Shown here one piece after another: positions 1 through 9,346 of a stretch of DNA of 33,616 nucleotides. The DNA comes from a virus (Duplodnaviria > Heunggongvirae > Uroviricota > Caudoviricetes), in IMG/VR virus record IMGVR_UViG_2778261222_000001, positions 1 through 33,616 of that record. The stretch is one strand, 5' to 3'. The notes beneath the pieces were generated by a model that saw nothing but the letters and a program-made list of their open reading frames with translations, did not search any database and was not told where the DNA came from. The stretch's first letter is position 1. Every line of letters begins with the position of its first letter. The position numbers and the translations under genes are program-made.

Positions 1-726
1 TCACTTCGGGTATGGCTGAATCCTGAATAGCTTAGTGTTTAGTCGCTTTTTTGCGCGCTTATTCAGGAACCTGATGTAGCGATACTGATTAAATTTGTGC
101 GCCACAGCCCGCTCCTTATTAGCCCGCAAATACACGCCTCGTTGTCCTCCGCGTTTAATCGCGTTCATCGTTATCTCGTGATACCACTCGCCGTTCAGTT
201 CGTAGAACGTGCTTTCATGGCTGCCAATAAAATCAAAATTCGAAGCCTGATATACCACGCCAGCACGTCCGCAGCGTTCGTCTGCAAAGGACTGAACCCA
301 CTCCACTGACGGATACAGTAACCTGATGGTTTTCAGCGCGTAGCTGATGGCCCGTGATTCAGAGTTGCGGGGCATATCATCATGTAACCACATGCGGTTC
401 AGTTCCATATAGCCCCGGTTATCCGTTTCAAGCACGACCCGACGCCCTGAGTTGGGGTTAAGGGCATATCCCCACTGAAGAACGCCAACCAGATCACGTC
501 CGCTGAATACGCCCAGATGCAGGTAGGAGTTATTCACAAAACGGCGGGAATAGTGTTTTGTCTGAATGATTGTGCGGGCCAGCCAGCAGGATATGGTTTC
601 AACGCGCAGTTCCCTTGAACCATAGCCGACAATACGGCCTTCATACTCAATAACGCAGGGTTTTGTCAGAATGCGTGATTTCTTCTCTTTTCCCACAATA
701 CAGCTCCGTGGGATGCTCTTTGGCAT
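1..726 (-). CDS. mom: Mom-like DNA modification protein (adenine modification, anti-restriction)
   Basis: Terminal position after com as in Mu; ORF 1..738 opens with a TTG, first ATG at 724-726; stop codon is at window positions 1-3; 5' end overlaps the com 3' end as in Mu. Confidence 0.8.
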   Translation of the reverse strand: MPKSIPRSCIVGKEKKSRILTKPCVIEYEGRIVGYGSRELRVETISCWLARTIIQTKHYSRRFVNNSYLHLGVFSGRDLVGVLQWGYALNPNSGRRVVLETDNRGYMELNRMWLHDDMPRNSESRAISYALKTIRLLYPSVEWVQSFADERCGRAGVVYQASNFDFIGSHESTFYELNGEWYHEITMNAIKRGGQRGVYLRANKERAVAHKFNQYRYIRFLNKRAKKRLNTKLFRIQPYPK

Positions 727-832
727 TCGATATGACAATGTAACGTTTACAGCGAGGACATTTGATTTCTATATGCTTAAAGCCTCCTTTAAACAGTAAT
801 TTATTGCAGTTTTTACAGCGAACAGAGTCCAT
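647..832 (-). CDS. com: Com zinc-finger translational activator of mom
   Basis: Translation from the internal ATG at 830-832 gives [15 protein letters not shown]...CPRCKR..., which matches my recollection of Mu Com (Cys4 zinc finger, about 61 aa); AGGGGGAA Shine-Dalgarno 5 nt upstream; overlaps the mom start. Confidence 0.9.
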   Translation of the reverse strand: MDSVRCKNCNKLLFKGGFKHIEIKCPRCKRYIVISNAKEHPTELYCGKREEITHSDKTLRY

Positions 833-859
833 GATTCCCCCTGTGTAAACCAGATACAA

Positions 860-954
860 TCGCCCAGAGGGCTGGGGGATATTTAATCATAATTGATGCA
901 AACAGACGATCGATATGATGATATCGATCGTCATAAACTATACAAAATGATTGT
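860..954 (-). promoter_or_regulatory. Putative com-mom promoter/operator region with a GATC-containing palindrome
   Basis: 95-bp intergenic region upstream of com; inverted repeat at 905-932 (gacgatcgata / tatcgatcgtc arms) carrying two GATC sites at 908-911 and 926-929. Confidence 0.4.
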
Positions 955-1521
955 TTAATCGCCTGATGTGAACGCTCTTACCTCGTCCAGGGTGGACAGC
1001 AGGGAAAGCTGCGCTTTCATCTCTCGCTGGCGCTGATAAATTTCATCATTGCGATCAACCTGCGCCTGAACCATTGCAGTAAGCAGCTCATCCAGTTGTT
1101 GCATTGACAACTTTACCTGCTGATTTTCCGCATCGCACCATACCATGGTTTTCCATGCCGTGACTGATTTTGCTGACATCACCACCGTGTAAAGACGGGC
1201 TATCGAATCCGGTCCCCCGTTCCAGCTATGACCGTTCCATTCAAAAATAAATGGCTGCGCCTCCTGCTCTGTACGCCATGCTTCAATTTCCCGGCGTTTG
1301 GCTGCTTTTGCTGCTTCCAGCATCTCTGACGTGACGGTGAACGGCGTTATTTCTCCCCATTTGCCGCTTTGCAGCTCCTGCCAGACTCGCTGCCCTGTCT
1401 CTGCTGTATCCGTGGCAGTTGCCGTATACGGAACCGGTTCATCCATGCCATCAAACAACACCCCACAGTCAATCGCGCCATTTTCAAGATAACGCGCATT
1501 TTCGATGCGTTTTATTTCCAT
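955..1521 (-). CDS. Tail fibre assembly chaperone (second cassette)
   Basis: ATG at 1519-1521 lies 7 nt downstream of the fibre stop (1529-1531); about 188 aa; position directly after a fibre gene. Confidence 0.65.
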   Translation of the reverse strand: MEIKRIENARYLENGAIDCGVLFDGMDEPVPYTATATDTAETGQRVWQELQSGKWGEITPFTVTSEMLEAAKAAKRREIEAWRTEQEAQPFIFEWNGHSWNGGPDSIARLYTVVMSAKSVTAWKTMVWCDAENQQVKLSMQQLDELLTAMVQAQVDRNDEIYQRQREMKAQLSLLSTLDEVRAFTSGD

Positions 1522-1528
1522 AAAACAC

Positions 1529-2887
1529 CTACGCAATACGTATGAACAAACCAATCATGACACTGGCTGACCCGGCAGACCCGAGTTCATCGCCTGACAG
1601 TGCACGATATGACCCCGGCATACCACCACCAGAACCCCGCACATATACGGAAACGCTGCCGTTATATCCAACCCTGCTACCGGTCGTGCCGTAGCACATA
1701 AATTCAACCGCACTCAGGCGTGACCCCGGATAACTGTAACCGCGTTTTATCCGGCGGTCGGTGTCTGCGTCTCCCTTACCGTTATAAGCCGCCAGTACAA
1801 GACTGCCTGCACCGTACCAGCCGTCCGTGGTACCGGGAGCAATACCGGACAGAAGAGAGATAATGTCCTGTGAGGTAATCTTCAGATTTTCCCAGCCAGT
1901 CAGATAACCATTACCTGTTGTCCAGTAGCGGTTGTAATAAATATCGCCATTAATACCGTAGAAAATAATGGCCTTTGCTGTATATCGCGGCTCCGGTGGA
2001 TTATTGCGTGCCTCAACCCACCGGATGCGGACCATCCCGTTAAACAACACACCTCCGGATATGATTTTACTGTCACCCTCAACAAAATATTCACCCGGCG
2101 TCGCATTCCTTACCCAGGACAGAAAATCATCCTCTGTGTTAAAACGGATACGCTCTGCGGGCAAAAAAATATGCCCAAAACCAAATGCGCCAGGTGTCGC
2201 CAGACGCCCTTCAGTCCGGTCACGAATGTCGCTCTGTGGCGTCATTGTGGCAGCGCTTTTCAGTCCAAGATTAGCACGGGATTCCTGCTGAGCCTCTTCA
2301 CCTTCATCAGCCAGCTCTGATAAACGATTCGCCGTTTTCAGTGTCGCAGATAACGCAGTATCAATATCTGCTCTGGCCTGCTCTGCACCGGATGCGGCCT
2401 TTTTCGCGGCGTCGGCGTTCTGCTGAACACCTTCCGCCAGTTTTTTTACCTCTTCTTTTGCACGGGCGGCAGCGTCTGCATGTTGCCCTGCCTGTCGTTC
2501 GCTTTCTGTTGCCGCTTCCGCGCTCTGCTGCGCCTGTTGCGCCAGTTCCCCGAATTTTTTCAGCGCTTCCGGGCGCAGGTCAATATCGGTTGCACCCAGA
2601 AAATCATTCAGCGAACCGTCCGTTGAATCTTCATAAACGCGAATGACGCCGATTTCTGAAAGGCGCTGTGCGCTCTGTGTCAGGCGAACACTGTATACAC
2701 CCGGCAGAACGGGGAAGTCATACTCCCCGCTCTGTGTGGTGACGTGGCTGAAAACGCCTTTCAGAATCCCTGCACGGTTGTGCAGGGAGGTCAGTGTAAT
2801 GGTTGCGCCGCCCAGCGGTTCTCCCGTGGGCGTTTTAATCACACCTTTAAGCTGCGGCATCGGGACGCTCCGGCCAGTTGATGGCAT
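1529..2887 (-). CDS. Side tail fibre protein, lambda Stf-like N-terminus
   Basis: N-terminal region ...GVIRVYEDSTDGSLNDFL matches my recollection of the lambda Stf / prophage tail-fibre N-terminal domain (...TITVYEDSQPGTLNDFL); followed by an Ala/Gln-rich coiled coil and a Gly/Tyr-rich distal domain. Start may be the internal ATG near 2860. Confidence 0.75.
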   Translation of the reverse strand: MPSTGRSVPMPQLKGVIKTPTGEPLGGATITLTSLHNRAGILKGVFSHVTTQSGEYDFPVLPGVYSVRLTQSAQRLSEIGVIRVYEDSTDGSLNDFLGATDIDLRPEALKKFGELAQQAQQSAEAATESERQAGQHADAAARAKEEVKKLAEGVQQNADAAKKAASGAEQARADIDTALSATLKTANRLSELADEGEEAQQESRANLGLKSAATMTPQSDIRDRTEGRLATPGAFGFGHIFLPAERIRFNTEDDFLSWVRNATPGEYFVEGDSKIISGGVLFNGMVRIRWVEARNNPPEPRYTAKAIIFYGINGDIYYNRYWTTGNGYLTGWENLKITSQDIISLLSGIAPGTTDGWYGAGSLVLAAYNGKGDADTDRRIKRGYSYPGSRLSAVEFMCYGTTGSRVGYNGSVSVYVRGSGGGMPGSYRALSGDELGSAGSASVMIGLFIRIA

Positions 2888-3377
2888 TAAAGGAGGCTTC
2901 GTCAGTAACGGTGCTTAAATCCAGCGCCTTTACCGCTTTGATATATGCCATCCACTGCGTAAGACGGACTTTGTCATCGTCGCTGATGGTGCCCAGCTCC
3001 AGCTCGGTTTTCCAGTCGGAGGTGATGTCCTTTGCTTCATTCAGCAGGCGCTGGCGTTGTTTTTCCGCCAGTTGCGAATAATCAACAGGAACAGGCAGCA
3101 CTTCGCCGTCCTGGTAATACCAGCAGGCTTCAATTCCAAAACCTTCCGGCAGCTCGTCCACTTCCACAATGGTGAAGCCAGCCGGATAAAGACGGGACAC
3201 GTCTTCCGCCATCGAATAAATCACGCCGGTTTCCGGGTGAATACACAATTTGTATTTCTTCGTGAATTTATCCAGTGATTCATAAAAATCCTGTCCGTCT
3301 TCACTGCGGAAATACTGAATATCCTTACCATAAGGCATATTTTCCGGGTAATAACGCGAAACGTTTCTTAGTTCCAT
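2847..3377 (-). CDS. Tail fibre assembly chaperone (Tfa-like)
   Basis: ATG at 3375-3377 preceded by AAGGAG 7 nt upstream; C-terminus ...NAINWPERP resembles the lambda Tfa C-terminus; follows the Mu-type fibre. Confidence 0.75.
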   Translation of the reverse strand: MELRNVSRYYPENMPYGKDIQYFRSEDGQDFYESLDKFTKKYKLCIHPETGVIYSMAEDVSRLYPAGFTIVEVDELPEGFGIEACWYYQDGEVLPVPVDYSQLAEKQRQRLLNEAKDITSDWKTELELGTISDDDKVRLTQWMAYIKAVKALDLSTVTDEASFNAINWPERPDAAA

Positions 3378-3391
3378 TGTTTTCTCCTTAA

Positions 3392-4387
3392 TTAACCTGA
3401 TACGGTGCGCCATGAACCATTGATATAAATCTGCGCGGATTTGTAATACACACCACCGATGTTATCCGCCGAACTTCTTCCCGTATCCTGGACATAAATT
3501 CCCGACAACTGACAGCCTGAAGGCGCGCGGAACGTCCAGGTGATTTCGTTACCACCCGGGTTGTAAAACACCTCATTGGTGTACTGAAAATTACGCACAG
3601 CGCCGGAATCGGTGGTGCTGATGGTGATATCGCTGGAGCCATCAAACGGTACATTGTTAATCCTGCGAGGGGTTTGTAGTTTTGTGGCAGTTGCTGCGTT
3701 GAAGCTGTCTTTTGATGTAAACACCTGCGCCCATTCAGACCAGGCTGCATCAGTGGTATCACGCCTTGAGCGAATATAAACCGGAGCATGCGCACCGCTC
3801 GTGCCACTCCAGCCAATCAGCAGTTCGCCTTCGCCAGATGCTGCCGCACCTTTCAGATGCAGAACATTGCCATAAGCAGTGGGATAGCCGTTGCTGTACG
3901 CTTCATACATCTGAAGTCCTGCATAGCCTTGTGCTGTACCGCTTAATGCTGTCACCGGCCCTTTTGATAAAAGGATGTCTGGTGACAGGCCGATTGCTTT
4001 AATAAATTCACTGGCGCTGTTTTTCCCGAGAATACTGCGCACAAAAGCACTGAGCGGCGTTAATGCCATTGTGTCTTCGCCGGTAAAATACGGGAACGTA
4101 TTATTCTGACCGGTTAATCCGGCAATAGCACCGGCTGAACCACTGTTCGTAATAAACAGTTTTTTCAGCGCTGTCATAATCTGGTTGGTGGTATTTTTAT
4201 CCGGTTTGATATTTGCCTGCCGGAGAATTTCCAGCAGTTCAGACTGAATAATATTAAACCAGTCCGGCCCCGGATAAGTGGGCGGAATACCGTTCCCGCC
4301 TTCGGTAAAATAAAGCGTTGTTTTGCTTAATTCAGCCGCGACAGGTGGCATCACCGGCACACCCGTCGGATTATCAACATGAAACAT
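3392..4387 (-). CDS. Tail fibre protein, Mu S-type N-terminal domain
   Basis: N-terminus MFHVDNPTGVPVMPPV... resembles the Mu/P2-type fibre baseplate-attachment domain as I recall it; GGAGAA Shine-Dalgarno upstream; 331 aa. Confidence 0.7.
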   Translation of the reverse strand: MFHVDNPTGVPVMPPVAAELSKTTLYFTEGGNGIPPTYPGPDWFNIIQSELLEILRQANIKPDKNTTNQIMTALKKLFITNSGSAGAIAGLTGQNNTFPYFTGEDTMALTPLSAFVRSILGKNSASEFIKAIGLSPDILLSKGPVTALSGTAQGYAGLQMYEAYSNGYPTAYGNVLHLKGAAASGEGELLIGWSGTSGAHAPVYIRSRRDTTDAAWSEWAQVFTSKDSFNAATATKLQTPRRINNVPFDGSSDITISTTDSGAVRNFQYTNEVFYNPGGNEITWTFRAPSGCQLSGIYVQDTGRSSADNIGGVYYKSAQIYINGSWRTVSG

Positions 4388-4390
4388 AAA

Positions 4391-4975
4391 TTATTCTCCG
4401 GTGTAATAATATTCATATTCCGTGCCCGCCAGCCGGTAATGCTTCAGCAGGCATTCCAGCTCTCGGGTCCGTTCGCTGATTAATGGCGTCATAACGTCAT
4501 CAATACAGGTAAACCGCCCGGCATCGTTGTCCGGGACTTCCACTTTCAGCAGCCAGCGATACCGTGCCGGATGCAGCGGGTACATGCAGTCACGCAGGCA
4601 GTGGTGCGGCAGAACGGCCGTCACCTTAATGGTGAAGCCCAGCGCCGCCGCTGCGGCTTCAATCTGCCAGGTTGCCAGCCCGCCTTTGCGGCGGTATTTC
4701 TCCACCACGGCCCGGCGGCGGGCTTCCGTTGTGGTGGCGGCAATTCCGCATTCCGGCAGCGCCAGATATTGCTCCCACTCCGGCAGCAGCTGGAGCGTGG
4801 TTTCCGGTCGCATCTCCACATGCAGACGCGAGGCGTCGTATTCAACGCGGGTTAAACGCTCTGCAAGCGCCCTTAAAAAACGGTTTAAATCCGTGTCGTT
4901 ATCACGCGGCCATGCCTTACCCCGTGGCATGACCTGTTGCAGTGCGGTCAGCCATTCCGTCACGCTGTGAGCCAT
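4391..4975 (-). CDS. Tail/baseplate protein (Mu gp48-like)
   Basis: 194 aa; sits between the J-like baseplate gene and the fibre, as in Mu; ATG at 4973-4975. Confidence 0.55.
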   Translation of the reverse strand: MAHSVTEWLTALQQVMPRGKAWPRDNDTDLNRFLRALAERLTRVEYDASRLHVEMRPETTLQLLPEWEQYLALPECGIAATTTEARRRAVVEKYRRKGGLATWQIEAAAAALGFTIKVTAVLPHHCLRDCMYPLHPARYRWLLKVEVPDNDAGRFTCIDDVMTPLISERTRELECLLKHYRLAGTEYEYYYTGE

Positions 4976-6036
4976 GTCACCTCCCCGATGGTGATAAGCT
5001 CATCCACATCACTGGTGGTGTCTTCCCCGATGTTCAGGAAGTAATCCGTGATACCGGACGTCATACCGATGGCCGTGCGCAGCGAGGACACCGGCAGCAG
5101 CTGACCGGGGGCCAGCGTTTTCTGTAATGCGGTCAGGTTTGCCCGGACGGCGTTCCTGTTCGCCTGGCTGTCCGGTGTCAGACGGATGGACAGGTCGAGC
5201 TTCTTCAGCCTGACCTGCACCGGCCAGACCTCGATGCCGCCCGGTTTACCTACCATCACGCCGGTGGCCGGGTGTTTGTGGCAGAACAGATACTGCTCCA
5301 TTGTCTTCAGGTCGTCCCGTGTGGGGATAATGTCTTCACGGTCATCATAAAGCCATGCCAGCCCGACCGTGCCGGGGCCGTGCCACGCATCCCACGCCCA
5401 CGCGCGGCTGACACCCGGCACTTCACGCGCCCAGATGACGTAATCATGCAGTGCACCGCCCACCGGGGGATTGCGGCGCACATACAGCAGACGGTCCAGC
5501 AGCTCTGCGATGGATTCGATGTCTGCGCCACCGGTGATGCCACTTTCAGTCACCGCGCCTGTGCTGCCCGTTCCGGGCAACGGGGACAGCAGGGTCAGCA
5601 CGGCACCGGCAGCAAGATTGCCCGCCACACCGGCTTCTTCAGCCTGCACGATGACGGTAACCTCGCCGTCCTGTACCTCGCCGGATGTGAGCACCTGATA
5701 CACCTGATTCGTGTCGGACTGCATCCGGGTTTCTGCCGGAAGGGGAGACCGGCTGGTGAAGGTCACCGGCCCGCTGGCAAAGGTGGCCTGCTTGCGGATA
5801 ACCCCTTCATACGTTGCTGTTTTGATAATGGTTTCATCATCAGATGTGGTGGACGGGATTATCTGGTCCTTAATCCAGCTCTGATGGTCGTATAAATCCC
5901 GGACCTGACTGCTGAATGACACGTTCAGCGCCTGCTCAACACTGACAGGCGGCAGCTTTTGCAGGCCGAGTTCATACGCAATATCTTTTTCGCCGTCGGC
6001 AATCAGTTTGCCCAGCGTGGGGATTTCATACGGCAT
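4960..6036 (-). CDS. Baseplate J-like protein (Mu gp47-like)
   Basis: 358 aa; size and position in the baseplate module; ATG at 6034-6036. Confidence 0.75.
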   Translation of the reverse strand: MPYEIPTLGKLIADGEKDIAYELGLQKLPPVSVEQALNVSFSSQVRDLYDHQSWIKDQIIPSTTSDDETIIKTATYEGVIRKQATFASGPVTFTSRSPLPAETRMQSDTNQVYQVLTSGEVQDGEVTVIVQAEEAGVAGNLAAGAVLTLLSPLPGTGSTGAVTESGITGGADIESIAELLDRLLYVRRNPPVGGALHDYVIWAREVPGVSRAWAWDAWHGPGTVGLAWLYDDREDIIPTRDDLKTMEQYLFCHKHPATGVMVGKPGGIEVWPVQVRLKKLDLSIRLTPDSQANRNAVRANLTALQKTLAPGQLLPVSSLRTAIGMTSGITDYFLNIGEDTTSDVDELITIGEVTWLTA

Positions 6037-6478
6037 TAATGGTGGCCTCCCATCGGCGGGTGATTTCGATTGTGAGCGTGGTTTTGTCCGGGCGGGTTAA
6101 CACCACCTGAAAGGCAATACAGTCAGGGATGATGATGCTGGCCGTGACGGTGGCGTTACGGGCGTAACCGGCCCGCAGCAGCGGTTGCATGGACAGCCGC
6201 GCGTAATCTTCCACACGCAGGCGGACATCTTCCGTCAGCTTTTCACGCTCAAGCAGCCACAGGCGGGAACCCCACGAAAAATCGCTGTACGTGTCGCCCG
6301 GCCAGCCGCGCGGGTCGCCGGAACCATCAGGGATGACATCATCGTCATCAGCACGGGCATCGGTGAAAAGGCAGATAAGAACCTGAGTGACCAGCCCCTC
6401 ATCCAGCGAGAGGCCGTTATGGGTGACGGTGATGTCACCCCGTGAGAGCATGTTATTCCAGTGGATTCCTGTCGTCAT
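6026..6478 (-). CDS. Baseplate protein (GPW/gp25-like)
   Basis: 150 aa; position between the spike and J-like genes. Confidence 0.55.
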   Translation of the reverse strand: MTTGIHWNNMLSRGDITVTHNGLSLDEGLVTQVLICLFTDARADDDDVIPDGSGDPRGWPGDTYSDFSWGSRLWLLEREKLTEDVRLRVEDYARLSMQPLLRAGYARNATVTASIIIPDCIAFQVVLTRPDKTTLTIEITRRWEATINAV

Positions 6479-7011
6479 ACGGGCGGTGATGTATTCTCAT
6501 TGTCGCCGTCCTTATGAATGTGTTCGATGAATGATTTACCGTTGATTCTGACATCTTCAGTAAATTCACAGGGACCGACGAATTTCATTTGTTTACCGAT
6601 AATATTCAGCAATTCGTCGGCGGTGAGATTTACCGTTTTCCCTGAAACGTTTAATTGTTCTCCTGTGATTTCAATGACGCCGTTTTCCTTCAGGGTGATG
6701 TGTGATTTGCCGTCCCGGTGATAAAGCCGGACATCGCCGGGGGACAGTCCTTTCGGGCGACATCGCTTGTCCTCCACCGCGATGGCAACCAGCCCGTCAC
6801 GCCGTCCGCCAACGGCCAGCACAATGGCTTCAGAACCTTCCGGCGGAACGGAAGTAAACCCGTAGTTCTGGAAGCGTTCCACGTCGTCGTCAGTGGCATC
6901 TGCCAGCGTCTGGATTTGCAGGTTCTGCCGCTCCAGACTGTCAGACACCATGCGGACAACGGCACGGTCAACCAGCAGCCGCAGACGGCGGGCAATGGCG
7001 TTTAATCCCAT
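6475..7011 (-). CDS. Baseplate assembly protein V / spike-like
   Basis: 178 aa; position after the hub gene; ATG at 7009-7011. Confidence 0.6.
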   Translation of the reverse strand: MGLNAIARRLRLLVDRAVVRMVSDSLERQNLQIQTLADATDDDVERFQNYGFTSVPPEGSEAIVLAVGGRRDGLVAIAVEDKRCRPKGLSPGDVRLYHRDGKSHITLKENGVIEITGEQLNVSGKTVNLTADELLNIIGKQMKFVGPCEFTEDVRINGKSFIEHIHKDGDNENTSPPV

Positions 7012-8072
7012 GTGGCCACCGCCTTTGTTTTCTTCGTCTTCGCTTTCATTTCCGGCATGTCCAGTGATTCAGGCGGAACCAGCGCCAGAACCGTCATCCG
7101 CCCCTGTGCGCCATCCGTCCAGGTCACCCCGGATATCAGCCAGGTGGTTTTCAGGTTCTGAATGCTGTCGTCGATATCGACAAGGCGGTTGGTCTGCCAC
7201 AGCGGGCCGCTGTCGCCCTGTTCGCGCCAGCCTGCCACCGTGATTTCCGTCGTGCGGGATTCCCCCAGCATCCGGGCTTTGTACCATTCCCCGCGAATGC
7301 TGGCCCCGCCCACGGTCAGGCTGTCTTCATTGACCAGAATGCGCGGGCGGTAACGGTTAATTTCCGGGTCTTCGGTGATGTACTGGCGACCACCCACCAT
7401 CGAGGCAGGCTGGCTGTCCCACAGTTTGCCACCGGCACTGGTGGTGCCTTTGATGATGTACTGGCTGTTACGCTCCCGCCAGCTGAAGCGCCCACGGGCT
7501 GCGAGGATATTTTTCCCCAGCACCAGTGACACACCCGCGCGAACGGAAGAGGCGCGGGTGATAATCAGGTTACCCGCCCCGTCAGACGTCAGCAGAACGC
7601 CGCGCTGTTTTGCCAGCCGGTCGAGCAGTTCAAAACCCGTTTCACCCTGTTCCAGAACGACGGACGCAAACGCCTCCCCGGTCGGGGTTTCCGTGATGAC
7701 GGTTATCCCGAACGGGCGGCAGACATCAGCCGCCACCTGTTCAAGCCGCACGCCTTTCCATTTCCCGGACGAATGCACCACAGAGCAGTCAACCAGGTCG
7801 CCGGTTTTGTCGCGCCCCATGACGCGAATCTCCACGTTATCTGCGTCATAGCTGGGGATAAAATCATCAATATACCCCGTCAGCACGGTATCCGCGCCCA
7901 GCCTGACCGTGCAGGGTTGCCCCTCACGAATTACGCGCGGTGCCGCTGCCGACCAGCGGGTTGTCACACTGAGATCAAACTCACCGGCAATCGCTTTCAG
8001 GGAACGGCTGACGGACATTTCCGTCCAGCCCTCCCACAGTTTGCCGTCAACGGTAAGAATCACGGATTCCAT
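7002..8072 (-). CDS. Baseplate hub / gpD-like tail protein
   Basis: 356 aa; follows the DNA circularization gene, as the Mu hub gene does. Confidence 0.65.
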   Translation of the reverse strand: MESVILTVDGKLWEGWTEMSVSRSLKAIAGEFDLSVTTRWSAAAPRVIREGQPCTVRLGADTVLTGYIDDFIPSYDADNVEIRVMGRDKTGDLVDCSVVHSSGKWKGVRLEQVAADVCRPFGITVITETPTGEAFASVVLEQGETGFELLDRLAKQRGVLLTSDGAGNLIITRASSVRAGVSLVLGKNILAARGRFSWRERNSQYIIKGTTSAGGKLWDSQPASMVGGRQYITEDPEINRYRPRILVNEDSLTVGGASIRGEWYKARMLGESRTTEITVAGWREQGDSGPLWQTNRLVDIDDSIQNLKTTWLISGVTWTDGAQGRMTVLALVPPESLDMPEMKAKTKKTKAVATWD

Positions 8073-9346
8073 CAGTCGGTAATCTCCACAGGTTGCGTCG
8101 GCAGAATGAATGACGGATGGCGCAGGCGGTTACGCTGCACGATTTCATCCCGTCGGCTGGTGTCACCATGCTCGCGCCATGCCAGCAATGCGGCAGATGT
8201 GGTTGTGGTCAGCGTCACCTGCCGGGTTTCCGGCAGACGGGCGGCACGCTCGCGGGCATCCGTAATCACGGCCTGCCGTAAATCGCGCAGCGTTCGCCAC
8301 AATGCCCGCTGGTTATTTTCCACCGCCGCCACCGCCTGCTCATGCAGTTCAGCCGCCAGCGTGTCACCGGCAGATAACGCCGCGTCACTGGTATCGAACG
8401 TCATCGAGGCCACGGCATTTGCCTGTCCCAGCAGGGTTTCCAGCACAACTACCTGGCGGAAGTCGTCAATGTTCTTCTGCAGGCTGTCAGACACCGGCTG
8501 ATAACCCGGTGACAGCCCAATAGCAAAGCCGATTTCACCGTCTGCCACGCTACCGGGCTTCACGGTGATATCTTCCGGCAGTGCGCCGGTGGCAACCTGT
8601 CGGGCACGTTCTCCGGCCCACTGGTTGCGTAATGTCGTGTAAACCGCCAGTGCTTCGGGTGGTTCCGTCACCAGATCAACCACGCCGTCGATGAACGAGG
8701 ACAACTCACTGACCAGACGTCCCGGCGTGGCAATAATGGTTCCGGCCATCTCCTTAAAATGGTTCAGCCTGTCCATCCACTGATTCAGTGCTGCCGGTAA
8801 CGTGGGTAGATTAGCTACAAGGTTTTCCATATCGGCCAGAAAGCTGTCGGCCATCTCACCCAGCCCGTCAAGTGCGCCGAACCAGTCGCCATCGTCGATG
8901 GCAGCTTTTACCGCATCAATGCCCGTCAGCACTTCCTGCTGCGTGTTATCCGCCGCAGACGGGAACAGGCGCTCGCCTGCCTCAAACACTTCAAAGGTGA
9001 CATACGCAATGCCATCTTCCTCCGTGCTGAGGCGATGGGTGACCTTGCCAACCTGTACGGTCTGTATCCCGAACCACGGGTGGATAAGCTCACCGGGGCC
9101 GGGAGTATTAAGCGCGTCTAAAAGGGCGTTTAAATCATCCCGGAAGTTTTTACCTGGCAGCTTTGCGTTAATCTGCTGTTGCCCCGGAACAGCCCCGTTA
9201 TCATCCGTCCAGGCGGTTTCGCGCCGGGGATACGCGCGGGGAATCGCTCTGCGGCCACCGGTGCCTTCCGTATCCACCAGAAAGAAGGGGACGCCGCGAA
9301 ACGAGGCGTCGCGCAGCCCGTCCCATTTGCCTTTGCCTGTTGTCAT
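8072..9346 (-). CDS. DNA circularization protein (Mu N-like)
   Basis: 424 aa; position directly after the tape measure gene; start overlaps the tape-measure stop (TAATG). Confidence 0.75.
   Translation of the reverse strand: MTTGKGKWDGLRDASFRGVPFFLVDTEGTGGRRAIPRAYPRRETAWTDDNGAVPGQQQINAKLPGKNFRDDLNALLDALNTPGPGELIHPWFGIQTVQVGKVTHRLSTEEDGIAYVTFEVFEAGERLFPSAADNTQQEVLTGIDAVKAAIDDGDWFGALDGLGEMADSFLADMENLVANLPTLPAALNQWMDRLNHFKEMAGTIIATPGRLVSELSSFIDGVVDLVTEPPEALAVYTTLRNQWAGERARQVATGALPEDITVKPGSVADGEIGFAIGLSPGYQPVSDSLQKNIDDFRQVVVLETLLGQANAVASMTFDTSDAALSAGDTLAAELHEQAVAAVENNQRALWRTLRDLRQAVITDARERAARLPETRQVTLTTTTSAALLAWREHGDTSRRDEIVQRNRLRHPSFILPTQPVEITD

Noticed and set aside
1900-2106. Nested 68-aa minus-strand ORF inside the Stf-like fibre gene
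   Set aside because: Alternative frame within a well-supported gene; no independent evidence.
3388-3816. Minus-strand ORF (142 aa) overlapping the 3' part of the Mu-type fibre gene in another frame
   Set aside because: Fully nested in the fibre gene, no start context, composition consistent with an out-of-frame artefact.
860-4387. Gin invertase and an invertible G segment
   Set aside because: No ORF resembling a serine recombinase is present between the fibres and com, and both fibre cassettes are on the same strand.
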